The translations under genes and the position numbers were made by a program. DNA of 63,104 nt, filler included. It is 7 parts of 7 records of this genome, joined end to end, with 100 filler letters (N's around TTAATTAATTAA, not from the genome) between each part and the next. Parts side by side here need not be neighbours in the genome. Positions count along the whole stretch, not along the records: positions 14,543 to 35,249 come from SRR20825010_1579; 6 more parts are not named here. The stretch is one strand, 5' to 3'. Positions 22,845-31,889 of the stretch are shown one piece after another (position 1 is the stretch's first letter; each line of letters opens with the position of its first letter). The notes beneath the pieces were generated by a model. The model ran no database searches. It saw nothing but the letters and a program-made list of their open reading frames with translations, and was not told the origin of the DNA.

Positions 22845-23516
22845 TCAACCCTGCGAGTCGTTGTCGACGCCGAAGTTTTCCTTGTCTTCTTCAAGCACCG
22901 CTTTCAACCGGCGAACCGCACGCAAGTAACGCATGCTGGCGGCGGGGGGATTCAGGTTGAGAACTTCGGCGATTTCGAGGTTCGAAAGGTGTTCGTAATG
23001 CCGCATCAGGATGACTTCGCGATCACCTTCGTCCAGCTTTTGAATGGCCGCTTCGACCTGCGTGGCAATTTCACGCTGGGTCGCGACCGCGGCAGGAGTC
23101 ATCGCGGGGTCGCACAATTGAATCGCGAGATCGACGGACGATTCATCCACGCGTCCGCCGCCGGCAATCGGTTGCTCGCGGTCCATGTTGCGTTTGGCGC
23201 TGACACGGTGGCGACGGTAGGTGTCAATGATGTGGTCCCAGGCGATTTGCCGGAGCCATAAATGGAACGCCATCACGGGATCGTCGAGGTACTTTTGAAG
23301 ACGCCCGCTGGCTTCGACCAAGACTTCTTGAACGACATCGCTGACGTCCACGCGTCGCTGGACTTTTCGATCCAAACGGACCTCCACCAGTCGACGGATT
23401 GGGCCGCGGTGTCGGTCTAGCAGTTGGTTGACGGCGTCGGGGTCGCCCTGGCGTGCTGCTTGGATCAGCACTTCAGTGTTGTCGCCCGATGGCCATAAGG
23501 ATTTGGTCATGTTCAC
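22845..23516 (-). CDS. ECF sigma-70 factor, planctomycete kinase-associated type
   Basis: Region 2 VDVSDVVQE...WLRQIA...DTYRRH, region 4 REVILMRHYEHLSNLEIAEVL. Confidence 0.92.
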   Translation of the reverse strand: MNMTKSLWPSGDNTEVLIQAARQGDPDAVNQLLDRHRGPIRRLVEVRLDRKVQRRVDVSDVVQEVLVEASGRLQKYLDDPVMAFHLWLRQIAWDHIIDTYRRHRVSAKRNMDREQPIAGGGRVDESSVDLAIQLCDPAMTPAAVATQREIATQVEAAIQKLDEGDREVILMRHYEHLSNLEIAEVLNLNPPAASMRYLRAVRRLKAVLEEDKENFGVDNDSQG

Positions 23517-23564
23517 GCTCCAATCACATGGTAGCGTGTTGGAAATAGGGCAATCGTCCCTGGC

Positions 23565-24302
23565 TCACTTCCATTCGCGAATTTGAATGTTCTTGAACCA
23601 AACTTTCATCGCGGGGCCTTGGTGCAATTGCAACGCGATGACCCCCGAGTCGGCTTTTTTGCCCGGTTGTTGGTCGACCAAACGGATCATCAGGGTTTCG
23701 TTGATGAACTGTTCCAAGTGGTTGTCACGCACCAAAATGCGGTAGTCATTCCATTCGCCCAGATGGATGCTGTTGGCGAGCTCCTCGGCGGTCGCGAATT
23801 GTTCGGTCGTCTTTTCGCCGGTCGCCCAAATCGTGGTTTGTTGTCCGCGGGTGGCCAAAATTCCGCGGCCTTTTTCTTCGTACAGGATCCCCGCGAAACG
23901 ATTGGTCGCATCGATGTCGGCTTGATATCCACCGACGATGAATTTCTCTTCGTCGAGGACTTTGCTGCGATACTGAATGCCCGAGTTGCCGCCAATCATT
24001 TTGAATTGCAGCGTCAGCTCAAAGCTGCCTTTGACCGGGCGATCGAGAATCAAAAACGTGTTTTGCTTGATCGGTGCTTCGTCGGTGGTTTGCCCATGAA
24101 TGGCTCCGTCGTCGACCGACCAAAGGTCCTCACGTCCACGCCAGCCATCAAGCGTTTTGCCATCGAACAAGGTGACGGTTTTGGCACCCTGCATGGTCTT
24201 GGCCAGGACAGCCTTTTCGCTGTCTTGGGCGTTGGCGGGTGAAGCCGCGAAGGTGGCGGCGAGAGTCAGGAAGCAAAGAACGCGGTTCACGGTTGAGCTC
24301 AT
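23565..24302 (-). CDS. Secreted DUF1080 (3-keto-disaccharide hydrolase family) protein
   Basis: Signal peptide, LFDGKTLDGW, NSGIQYR, GYQADI, WN.Y.I, G.IALQLH, FKNI.I; start reassigned to MSSTV. Confidence 0.9.
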   Translation of the reverse strand: MSSTVNRVLCFLTLAATFAASPANAQDSEKAVLAKTMQGAKTVTLFDGKTLDGWRGREDLWSVDDGAIHGQTTDEAPIKQNTFLILDRPVKGSFELTLQFKMIGGNSGIQYRSKVLDEEKFIVGGYQADIDATNRFAGILYEEKGRGILATRGQQTTIWATGEKTTEQFATAEELANSIHLGEWNDYRILVRDNHLEQFINETLMIRLVDQQPGKKADSGVIALQLHQGPAMKVWFKNIQIREWK

Positions 24303-24439
24303 GAGGTGGGGCCGGGAAGGTGTGTTTTGGGCAGGAGAATGCCGGGAGGGGCAGTTTAACCGGAGGAATCTATTGATGTGGGGCATCGGGAAAAATCCTG
24401 TGGCAACCAAACGGCACCCGCACTCAAGAATCCCCGCAC

Positions 24440-25720
24440 TCAAGAATCTTCGCCCAGGTTGAACAGGTGTCGCAACGCCTCCAGCAGGCCTCGCGAGTGC
24501 CCGTCCGCCGCGTCGTCGCGCAGTGACGCCATCGGCGGGTGCAGCAGTTTGTTGGTCAGGCGATCGAATGACTTTTCAATCTCCTTTTGCATGGCCGTGT
24601 CGGTGGATCCATTGAGTTTTCCAAACAGCCGCTGCAGCTCTTCCGCTTTGACTTTGTCAGCCCGTTCTCGAAGCCGGCGAATGACCGGTCCGGTCGCACG
24701 TTGTTGCAGCGATTGAAAGAAGCCATCGACTTCTTCGTCGATGATTTTCTTCGCCTTCGGCCACTGCTTTTCTCGTTCGCGACGGTTCCGATTGCATGCA
24801 GCTTGCAGGTCATCGATCTGGTACAGATAGACGCCGGGTTCGTCGCCGATGACGGGATCGAAATCTCGCGGAACGGCCAAGTCGAGGACCAACATGATGC
24901 GGCCACCTCGTTTGGCATTCAGAGCCGCGAAAGTGGATGCGTCGACAATCGGTTCTTCTGCCGAAGTGGTACCGATTAGCAAATCCGCTTGCACAATTTG
25001 GTCGTGCAGGCTGTCCATTGATTCAGCGTCGGCACCAAATTCGTCGGCCAGCTTTTGTGCTCGATCGAGACTTCGATTGACGACGCATAGATTGTTCGCA
25101 CCGCCGTTTTTCAGATAGCGAAGCGTTTCTTCGGCCATTTCACCGGCACCGCAGAGCACCACGCGTTTGCCCTGCAGGCGGTTGAATACCTCGGGAACAA
25201 CTTCGCCGATCGCAACACTGGGAACGCTCAACCGGCGACGGTGAATGCTGGTCTCAGTTTGAACTCGTTTGGCGGTTCGGTTAGCGGCTTGGAATACGCC
25301 GTGAGTGATTGGGCCGGTGCGATCAGCATCGTTGGCCAAGTCATAGGACTGTTTGACCTGCGATAGGATCTGGGCTTCGCCGACGACCATGCTGTCCAAA
25401 CTGGCCGCGACCAAGAACAAGTGTTCGACGGCTTCGCGGCCTTCCCGAATGATCATGTGGTTGGCGACGAAGTCACGCGATTGGTTCAGGCAGTCGGCGA
25501 CCAAGTCAATCAAATCGTCGGATTGCAGGGAAGCCGGATTGCTCCCGGCCCCGTACAACTCAACCCGGTTGCAGGTGCTCAGAAGAACCAGTTCGGCATC
25601 GGCGAATCGTTGGCCAAACAGTTCGAAGGTGCGATTGATTTCATTCTCGGTGAACGACAACTGCTCGCGAATTTCAACGGCAGCGTCGTGATGGCTGCAC
25701 CCGATCATCTTCAGGGTCAT
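24440..25720 (-). CDS. hemA: Glutamyl-tRNA reductase
   Basis: STCNRVE catalytic Cys, SMVVGEAQI, GAGEM, DLAVPRD; start MTLKMIG in an ATGA overlap. Confidence 0.96.
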   Translation of the reverse strand: MTLKMIGCSHHDAAVEIREQLSFTENEINRTFELFGQRFADAELVLLSTCNRVELYGAGSNPASLQSDDLIDLVADCLNQSRDFVANHMIIREGREAVEHLFLVAASLDSMVVGEAQILSQVKQSYDLANDADRTGPITHGVFQAANRTAKRVQTETSIHRRRLSVPSVAIGEVVPEVFNRLQGKRVVLCGAGEMAEETLRYLKNGGANNLCVVNRSLDRAQKLADEFGADAESMDSLHDQIVQADLLIGTTSAEEPIVDASTFAALNAKRGGRIMLVLDLAVPRDFDPVIGDEPGVYLYQIDDLQAACNRNRREREKQWPKAKKIIDEEVDGFFQSLQQRATGPVIRRLRERADKVKAEELQRLFGKLNGSTDTAMQKEIEKSFDRLTNKLLHPPMASLRDDAADGHSRGLLEALRHLFNLGEDS

Positions 25721-26670
25721 GACTGGCCTCGCGGCGTTGTCATTCCCGGTGCCACTTCGTTTTCGGGCAACTCGATTTCTGAGTCGATGTTTTGGATTGG
25801 CGTTTCGGCGGGTGCGTCGGATTGGTCGGCACCGTGCGAACTGGATAGCACACCGGTCATGGCGAGTGCCAAGAATCCAAAGCTGGCCAGAGTTAAGTAA
25901 GCAACTTTGCGGCCGCGGCTGGCGGGAGCGTAGAAGTACTCGACCAGCGTGGCTGATACCAACCACAGAAACAGCACGCCGGAAAGGATGATTCCGCCGT
26001 CGGTCCATGGGATCACACCCAAACGGTTCCAGTTCATGACGACACCGGAAACCAGGCCCAACCCGACGGCTGCGGTGCTGATGATCAAGCAACTTCGGTT
26101 GAGGTCTTGGAGGGTTTCCAAGGTTGGTAAACGGAGCGATGAGCCAGCCTGCTTGCGTTTCAAACGCCATGATTGGACCAAATACATGGCTCCGGCCAAA
26201 AAACCGATCAGAACGGCAGCGGAACCCAGCATCATGGATGCACCGTGCACGCCTCGCCAAACCTCGACGGCTTCGCTGCGTTCAAATGCGGGCATGTGAC
26301 TGACCGCTCGCGAAAGCGCGATCATGGCGAGGATTGCCGGCAGGAAGAACAATCCGATGATCGTGTCCGGCCGTCTGAGATAGAACGCGAAAAAGGCGAT
26401 TGCCAATCCCAACGCGACCATCAGCGACCAATCGGTCCAAGTTGCCAGACGCCCGACGTTGGCTTCATTGGCAATCGACGCGGCTCGTAATGTCAGGTAG
26501 GTGACGTGGGTGAAAATACCCAAACCCATCATCACGACCACGGCCAAACCGCGACCCGGGACTCGGCCCAGAAAGCGCAACGCTTCTAAAACCAGCACCA
26601 CGAGGTAGCTGGCCGAGAAACACGTGACCGAAATTTGACGCAAAAGATCCATCATGGCTTTATCGTACAC
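25717..26670 (-). CDS. Cytochrome c assembly (CcsA/HemX-like) membrane protein
   Basis: About eight TMs, conserved His (THVTY, VHG), MYLVQ..RLK.K...LP.LE.L, W.D; coupled to hemA. Confidence 0.8.
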   Translation of the reverse strand: MYDKAMMDLLRQISVTCFSASYLVVLVLEALRFLGRVPGRGLAVVVMMGLGIFTHVTYLTLRAASIANEANVGRLATWTDWSLMVALGLAIAFFAFYLRRPDTIIGLFFLPAILAMIALSRAVSHMPAFERSEAVEVWRGVHGASMMLGSAAVLIGFLAGAMYLVQSWRLKRKQAGSSLRLPTLETLQDLNRSCLIISTAAVGLGLVSGVVMNWNRLGVIPWTDGGIILSGVLFLWLVSATLVEYFYAPASRGRKVAYLTLASFGFLALAMTGVLSSSHGADQSDAPAETPIQNIDSEIELPENEVAPGMTTPRGQS

Positions 26671-26704
26671 CGACCTGAAAAATTGTCAGCCTGGAAGGGA
26701 TCGC

Positions 26705-29371
26705 TCACCAGGGTTGTTCAGAGAATGCGTGGATTTGAAGCCCACCTTCGACACTCATTCGCACCCGGATCGCTCCTTCTCGCGATGTCACGTGCACGCC
26801 TCCCCCCGCCGCGGACAGCATTTCGGTGACTTCGGGTTTTGCCGCACGTTGTCCACCGCTGACGATTGTTTCCAATGGTCGGGCCCACTGCAGGACCGCC
26901 TCGGCATCCATTTGCAAACTGCCATGATGAGGTGCCATCATCACCCCGCCGGGTGGCGGTCGAGGCGTGTTGGTCAGCACCGCGGTTCCCGGCGGTTCCA
27001 AATCGCCCGGCAACAGCAACGCACGATTTCCTGAATCGATCCTCAACACCAGCGAATTTGCATTGTCGTTGGCTTCGATTCGTTCTTTGGGCGGGTGCAG
27101 CACCGTGACTCGATCTAGCCAACTGGGGCCGGTATGTCGAACACGCTCGCCCAGGTGAACTTCCAAAACCGGAATCTCGTGCTGGCGGATCGCCTCCGAA
27201 GCCTGAGCCAGCGCAAAACCGTCGCCTTCAAAGAAACCGGGCGGAACAACGATCACTCCGATCGAAAATCGCTTGGCCAGACCCGGCAATGCGTTGAAGT
27301 GATCCGTATCAGCGTGCGAAAGAAAAATCCCATCGATGTGCGTCGCTCCTAATGCCCACAATGCATCCTCGATGTTCCGGCTGGTCGCGTTGGCGTTGCC
27401 CATCCAGCCGCAATCATAAAGCCACACCTCCTTCTCGTCGGGACGCACGATTGTTGCGGTCCCGTGTCCTACATCGACGAAGGTGGCTTCCAACGTTTGA
27501 TCAGGAAGTTCCGATGGGTAGGTTGCCAACCCGTAGGCGATCCCGATCCAACTGACCAACAAACCGGCTTCGATTACACGGCGACGAATTCCTTGGGAGG
27601 TCACCATCGGCCGAATCGCAGCCCACGCAATCAAGCCGAGATAGAAGACGACGATCCAAATCGTCGGCGGCGACGGCAACCAAAAGTGACCGCCGGGCAA
27701 GGTCGCCGCTGAATCGATCATCCACTGCATGATCGAAAGCAACTTGCCGCAGATCCCGCCGGGAATCCACGCCAGTGATGGCAACCACCAACCTGCCAAG
27801 ATTGTCATCACACCGGCTGACAACGCGAGAGCCATCAATGGTGAAAGCATGACGTTGACGATCACGCTGATTGGCGAAACCACATGGAACTGTGACCAAA
27901 CCAACGGCAGAGCCATGAGGGTGACCGCGCCGCTGTACCACAGCACTCGTCCCGTCCATGAAAGGCAAAACGACAACAGCCGTCGCCACGCGGTTTGAGA
28001 TTGGCGAGCCAACTCATCAAAGCGTTCTTCCACGCGAATCGTTTCTGCCGCGGGTGTCAGTGCACTGGAGAAGGGACGTCCGCACATCAACAAGGTAGCG
28101 ACGGCCAAAAAAGACAACTGGACGCCGATGCCGAAAATCTCCGCCGGCATCCAAATCATCAAGATGATCGCTGCCAAGGACAACGAGTTAAGTGGGTGAT
28201 GTGGACGAGCCAGGAGTCGTGCGAGGATCACTGTCGACATCAGGATCGCGGCTCGTGTGACCGGCGGGCGAGCACCCGTGATGGCGACATAAAACAGCAT
28301 CACGATCACAATCAATGTGACCGACCCGGCGATTGGCAGACGCAACAAACCAGCCACCGCACCGGTCAACAAAACGATGATCCCCAGATGCAGTCCGCTG
28401 ACCGACAACAGGTGCGCGGTGCCGGTGACCAGCAAACGTTCATTGGTCGGACGATCAAGGAAATCTCGTTGACCGAGCGTCAGGGCCAACGCGAGTCCAC
28501 GTTGCGAAGGTTCGATTTGGTTCAAAATCGTGTCTCGAGCCGAGGCGGCGCGATCGGCCAACCATCGTTGAAGAGCATTGTCCCACGGCAATGCACCATC
28601 GGTGACTTTGCCAGCTGTTAGCAATTGAACTTGGTCGGCCGAGCCCACTCGCATGCGCGCGTGAATGTTCTGCCGACGTGCTGCGATTCTCTGATCGGTT
28701 TCACCCGGGTTGCTCGGTGGCGGAATCGCGGCGATTCGACCGTACAGTTCAACCGGATCGCCCGGTCGCAAGTCCTCTCGTTCCGCATCAACCATCACCA
28801 TCACTCGACCGGTGAATGGAACTTGCCGAGTGCCACGTCGCATCGTGACCACGCGAACAATCAATCGAGTTTGATACTGCACATCGGATACAACGGCTTT
28901 GTCGGATCGAGCACCATCGAGCCCGGAGGTTCTCGCAACGGTGTTCTCCAGAGCATCCCTTTGCAAACGAACTGGTTCATCGACAACCGCAACCATGACC
29001 GTCGGCTCTTCCTCGTAGGTCAGTACTTCGCGGATGGTCGCCGAAGCGTACTGCCATTCATCCAGCGCGTGTCTTCCCGCAAATGCGAATAGAAGAAACC
29101 CGAACCAGCACGCTGTTCTGAATCGAGAATGAAATTTAAGGCGAGACCTTAAGTGGGCACCCGCGATTTCGGAACGGGCTGGCGTGGCTGCGAACCATGC
29201 CAGGACCCAGGCAACCACCATCGCGATCATCGCCCCGAACCAGACCCGCGGGGATTGAGGCCAAACATGGTTGAGAGTCAGGCCAGCCAGTCCGGTGGCG
29301 GCAAACATCGTCAACGGCTGTCGACTGGGGAGTTCCGTGAGGTGCCGAGTCGAGAGACTGCCTTGCCGCAT
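26705..29371 (-). CDS. comEC: ComEC/Rec2 DNA-uptake competence protein
   Basis: PPSNPGE OB domain, GTAHLLSVSGLH, DVGHG, SHADTDH MBL motif, NANSLV, PHHGS; start uncertain. Confidence 0.92.
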   Translation of the reverse strand: MRQGSLSTRHLTELPSRQPLTMFAATGLAGLTLNHVWPQSPRVWFGAMIAMVVAWVLAWFAATPARSEIAGAHLRSRLKFHSRFRTACWFGFLLFAFAGRHALDEWQYASATIREVLTYEEEPTVMVAVVDEPVRLQRDALENTVARTSGLDGARSDKAVVSDVQYQTRLIVRVVTMRRGTRQVPFTGRVMVMVDAEREDLRPGDPVELYGRIAAIPPPSNPGETDQRIAARRQNIHARMRVGSADQVQLLTAGKVTDGALPWDNALQRWLADRAASARDTILNQIEPSQRGLALALTLGQRDFLDRPTNERLLVTGTAHLLSVSGLHLGIIVLLTGAVAGLLRLPIAGSVTLIVIVMLFYVAITGARPPVTRAAILMSTVILARLLARPHHPLNSLSLAAIILMIWMPAEIFGIGVQLSFLAVATLLMCGRPFSSALTPAAETIRVEERFDELARQSQTAWRRLLSFCLSWTGRVLWYSGAVTLMALPLVWSQFHVVSPISVIVNVMLSPLMALALSAGVMTILAGWWLPSLAWIPGGICGKLLSIMQWMIDSAATLPGGHFWLPSPPTIWIVVFYLGLIAWAAIRPMVTSQGIRRRVIEAGLLVSWIGIAYGLATYPSELPDQTLEATFVDVGHGTATIVRPDEKEVWLYDCGWMGNANATSRNIEDALWALGATHIDGIFLSHADTDHFNALPGLAKRFSIGVIVVPPGFFEGDGFALAQASEAIRQHEIPVLEVHLGERVRHTGPSWLDRVTVLHPPKERIEANDNANSLVLRIDSGNRALLLPGDLEPPGTAVLTNTPRPPPGGVMMAPHHGSLQMDAEAVLQWARPLETIVSGGQRAAKPEVTEMLSAAGGGVHVTSREGAIRVRMSVEGGLQIHAFSEQPW

Positions 29372-29623
29372 TCTGAAGTCAAATCCGAAAGAAAAGATGC
29401 CGCGGTGAATCGCAGGCCGCATAACCCGTACATCCGGCACGGTTCCGCGGTGTTTCAGTTTGCCTGGTCGGCAAACTCACCGGAATGCTCAGCCCGAACC
29501 TAACCCGCGTGCTACTCATTGTACGGCCAAGAACTCTCGGTCACACGCTTCTGGATCTTTGAGGGATCGGACTGAATGTCCACTTCCCGCCTTCGCACTG
29601 TTTCTTATTGCACGAGGAAACCC

Positions 29624-30052
29624 ATGCCAACGACTGCCAAATCATCGCCAAAAACTTCCGCCGCCAACCGCTCCAAGGGTAAGAACGTTGGTGAAGAAGT
29701 GGTGACCATCGATCGCCGTCGTAGCGAACGTCGCGATGGCAACGCCGATGCGAGCGATGCAGGCATGATGGACCAGCCTCGTCGAAAGAAACAACGTCGT
29801 CGTCACATTGATCCAACGACGTGCGAACGCGACTACAGCGACCAAGAAGTCGAGTTCATGAAAGCGATGGACGACTACAAGCGTGACTCCGGCCGAATGT
29901 TCCCAACCTGCAGCGAAGTCTTGGAAGTCCTGCGGTCGCTCAACTACGTGAAGCTGTCCGATGAGCAATTTGAAGAGTTGGGCCTGAACGACGCTCCCGA
30001 AGGCGAAGAAAGCTGGAGCGATGAGGAAGCTGACGAGCTAGCCGAAGTTTGA
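29624..30052 (+). CDS. Hypothetical protein (planctomycete-type conserved protein)
   Basis: [42 protein letters not shown]; coding-like composition. Confidence 0.75.
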   Translation: MPTTAKSSPKTSAANRSKGKNVGEEVVTIDRRRSERRDGNADASDAGMMDQPRRKKQRRRHIDPTTCERDYSDQEVEFMKAMDDYKRDSGRMFPTCSEVLEVLRSLNYVKLSDEQFEELGLNDAPEGEESWSDEEADELAEV

Positions 30053-30096
30053 TCCCAACCGATTCGTACCGATCATTCGATTTCAGGGGTGTCCAT

Positions 30097-30888
30097 TCAA
30101 GTGGACGCCCCTGTTTTCGTAGACTCAGCACTCGATGTGGGCATCCAAATTTCGCCGCGACCATCAATCAGTTGGTCACCGCGACAGACGTCCAGTGATT
30201 GCAGGAAGTCGGGCGTCATCCATTTCGCATCGCAGTTTCCACTCAACAGAGCCAAGAAGGCTGAACGCAGCGGAATGGGCGTCGAAAATCGACGTTCGTC
30301 GAGCGTCGGTGGCTGGCCAAAGATCAATGTCCCCCGCCGCATTCCATAGGCGATCGTTGGCCCGCAAGTTCCGGCCACGCCAATCGTGCCGGCAACCATC
30401 CAAGTTGCCAGACGCGTTCCAACGTTACCGCCAATCCAGATTTCGCCACGACGCATCCGATGGCCCGCGTCATCACCGGCGGATCCTTCGACAATCATTT
30501 GGCCGCCATTCATTCCAACATTGCGTGAACCGATTGGCGAACCCAGGTGATCGCCCGCATTGCCACGCACCACAATGCGTCCACCCGACATGCAACTGCC
30601 CGCGTGGTCACCAACGTTGGACTCGCAAAGGATCTCGCCCAGCTTGTGCTGGAATCCGATTCCCGAAACACGTTGCATGCAGCCATCAAGAACCAGCCGG
30701 GGCAATGACGCCTTGGATTGCACGGAGACTTCAAAGAGATCGCCGATCGCCATCGGGCCAGATCGAGATTGCAACTGGAAGCGTTCTATTTCAAGAGTTG
30801 AAAGTTGGATCCATTCATCCAGTCGGATTCGCGACGCGTCCAGCGACGAGGGCAACTCGGATCGAGGACGCAGTGTGATTTGATTCAT
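30097..30888 (-). CDS. fhcC: Formyltransferase/hydrolase complex subunit C (FwdC-like)
   Basis: GXGXG beta-helix repeats (G..M.GG, G.RMRRG), GD...GRGEI. Confidence 0.9.
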   Translation of the reverse strand: MNQITLRPRSELPSSLDASRIRLDEWIQLSTLEIERFQLQSRSGPMAIGDLFEVSVQSKASLPRLVLDGCMQRVSGIGFQHKLGEILCESNVGDHAGSCMSGGRIVVRGNAGDHLGSPIGSRNVGMNGGQMIVEGSAGDDAGHRMRRGEIWIGGNVGTRLATWMVAGTIGVAGTCGPTIAYGMRRGTLIFGQPPTLDERRFSTPIPLRSAFLALLSGNCDAKWMTPDFLQSLDVCRGDQLIDGRGEIWMPTSSAESTKTGAST

Positions 30889-31889
30889 CGTTCGGCACCT
30901 GAATCGGAGGCCGATGATGCGTCAGCAAGCAATTCGTGCAGCTTGAAATGATGTCGGCCAAGCTTGCCGCCATAGTTACCCGCCGAGACGCTTAGTAACC
31001 CTTCGGAAGCACCCGCTTCGCATGCGGCAGTGATGCCAACTCGCATGGATTCTGCGATCTCATCAAACGACAATCCGTCAATCACCACTTCGATCGCCGC
31101 ATTGGCCTCGGAAGGCAATTCTGATGGCGTGACTTCTCGCAAGGTCGGGCAGAACGAGTCGTTGGTCGACGCAAACAATGCGGCGTATTTCGATCCAACT
31201 TTGGATCCGCTACGAGTTGTTCCGCCGGGGAACGGAGTGATGATGCCAGGTAATTCTCGCATCGCATCAATCGCGGCACGACTGGCAATGGTGACGGACT
31301 GCATGGTTCGTCCGACCAAGATGAAGTTACCACCTCCGATCGCGTCAACTCGACCGACGTCGTGCTGGCAAACGAATTCGCCATCCATCACGGGAATTCG
31401 CCAGTAACGCACGGGGCGGGACCTTCCATCCGCATCCAAGTGCTGTATTTGTTTGCTGATTTGGTTCCCGTCACCAAAGTATCGCAGGGACTTTCCGATC
31501 GGAACGCGTTTGGGATGCACCTCGCGACCACCTGGGATGCCGCCGTACAAAGCGGTTGTGGGACAAGTCAAAACGCACTGACCAGCACGCCGGGGAATTT
31601 GCTTTTCCAGATCTTTGCCCGACATTCCGAACGCCAATATCGCGACGCCTGGGCGGCCGTCGGGTGTCTGCTCGGGCGACAGTGTTTGTTCGACCGCGAT
31701 TTCAAGCCCACAAGCGATGACACTGGTTCCGAACCCGCACATTGCCCTCGCGGATTCATCGCACCAACGCCGATCATCCGCGGTCACGATCAGCCGGGTG
31801 GCCTTCATGTCAAAGGCTTCGGCAAAGGTGTCTTTGATCGAGACGCAGGCAATCGACAATGATTTGGGAGTCGCGGCGGGATCAGCCAT
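30885..31889 (-). CDS. fhcD: Formylmethanofuran:H4MPT formyltransferase
   Basis: DTFAEAF, GFGTSVIAC, TPDGRPG, GQCVLTCPTTA, SGSKVGS, AGNYGGKLG. Confidence 0.95.
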   Translation of the reverse strand: MADPAATPKSLSIACVSIKDTFAEAFDMKATRLIVTADDRRWCDESARAMCGFGTSVIACGLEIAVEQTLSPEQTPDGRPGVAILAFGMSGKDLEKQIPRRAGQCVLTCPTTALYGGIPGGREVHPKRVPIGKSLRYFGDGNQISKQIQHLDADGRSRPVRYWRIPVMDGEFVCQHDVGRVDAIGGGNFILVGRTMQSVTIASRAAIDAMRELPGIITPFPGGTTRSGSKVGSKYAALFASTNDSFCPTLREVTPSELPSEANAAIEVVIDGLSFDEIAESMRVGITAACEAGASEGLLSVSAGNYGGKLGRHHFKLHELLADASSASDSGAER

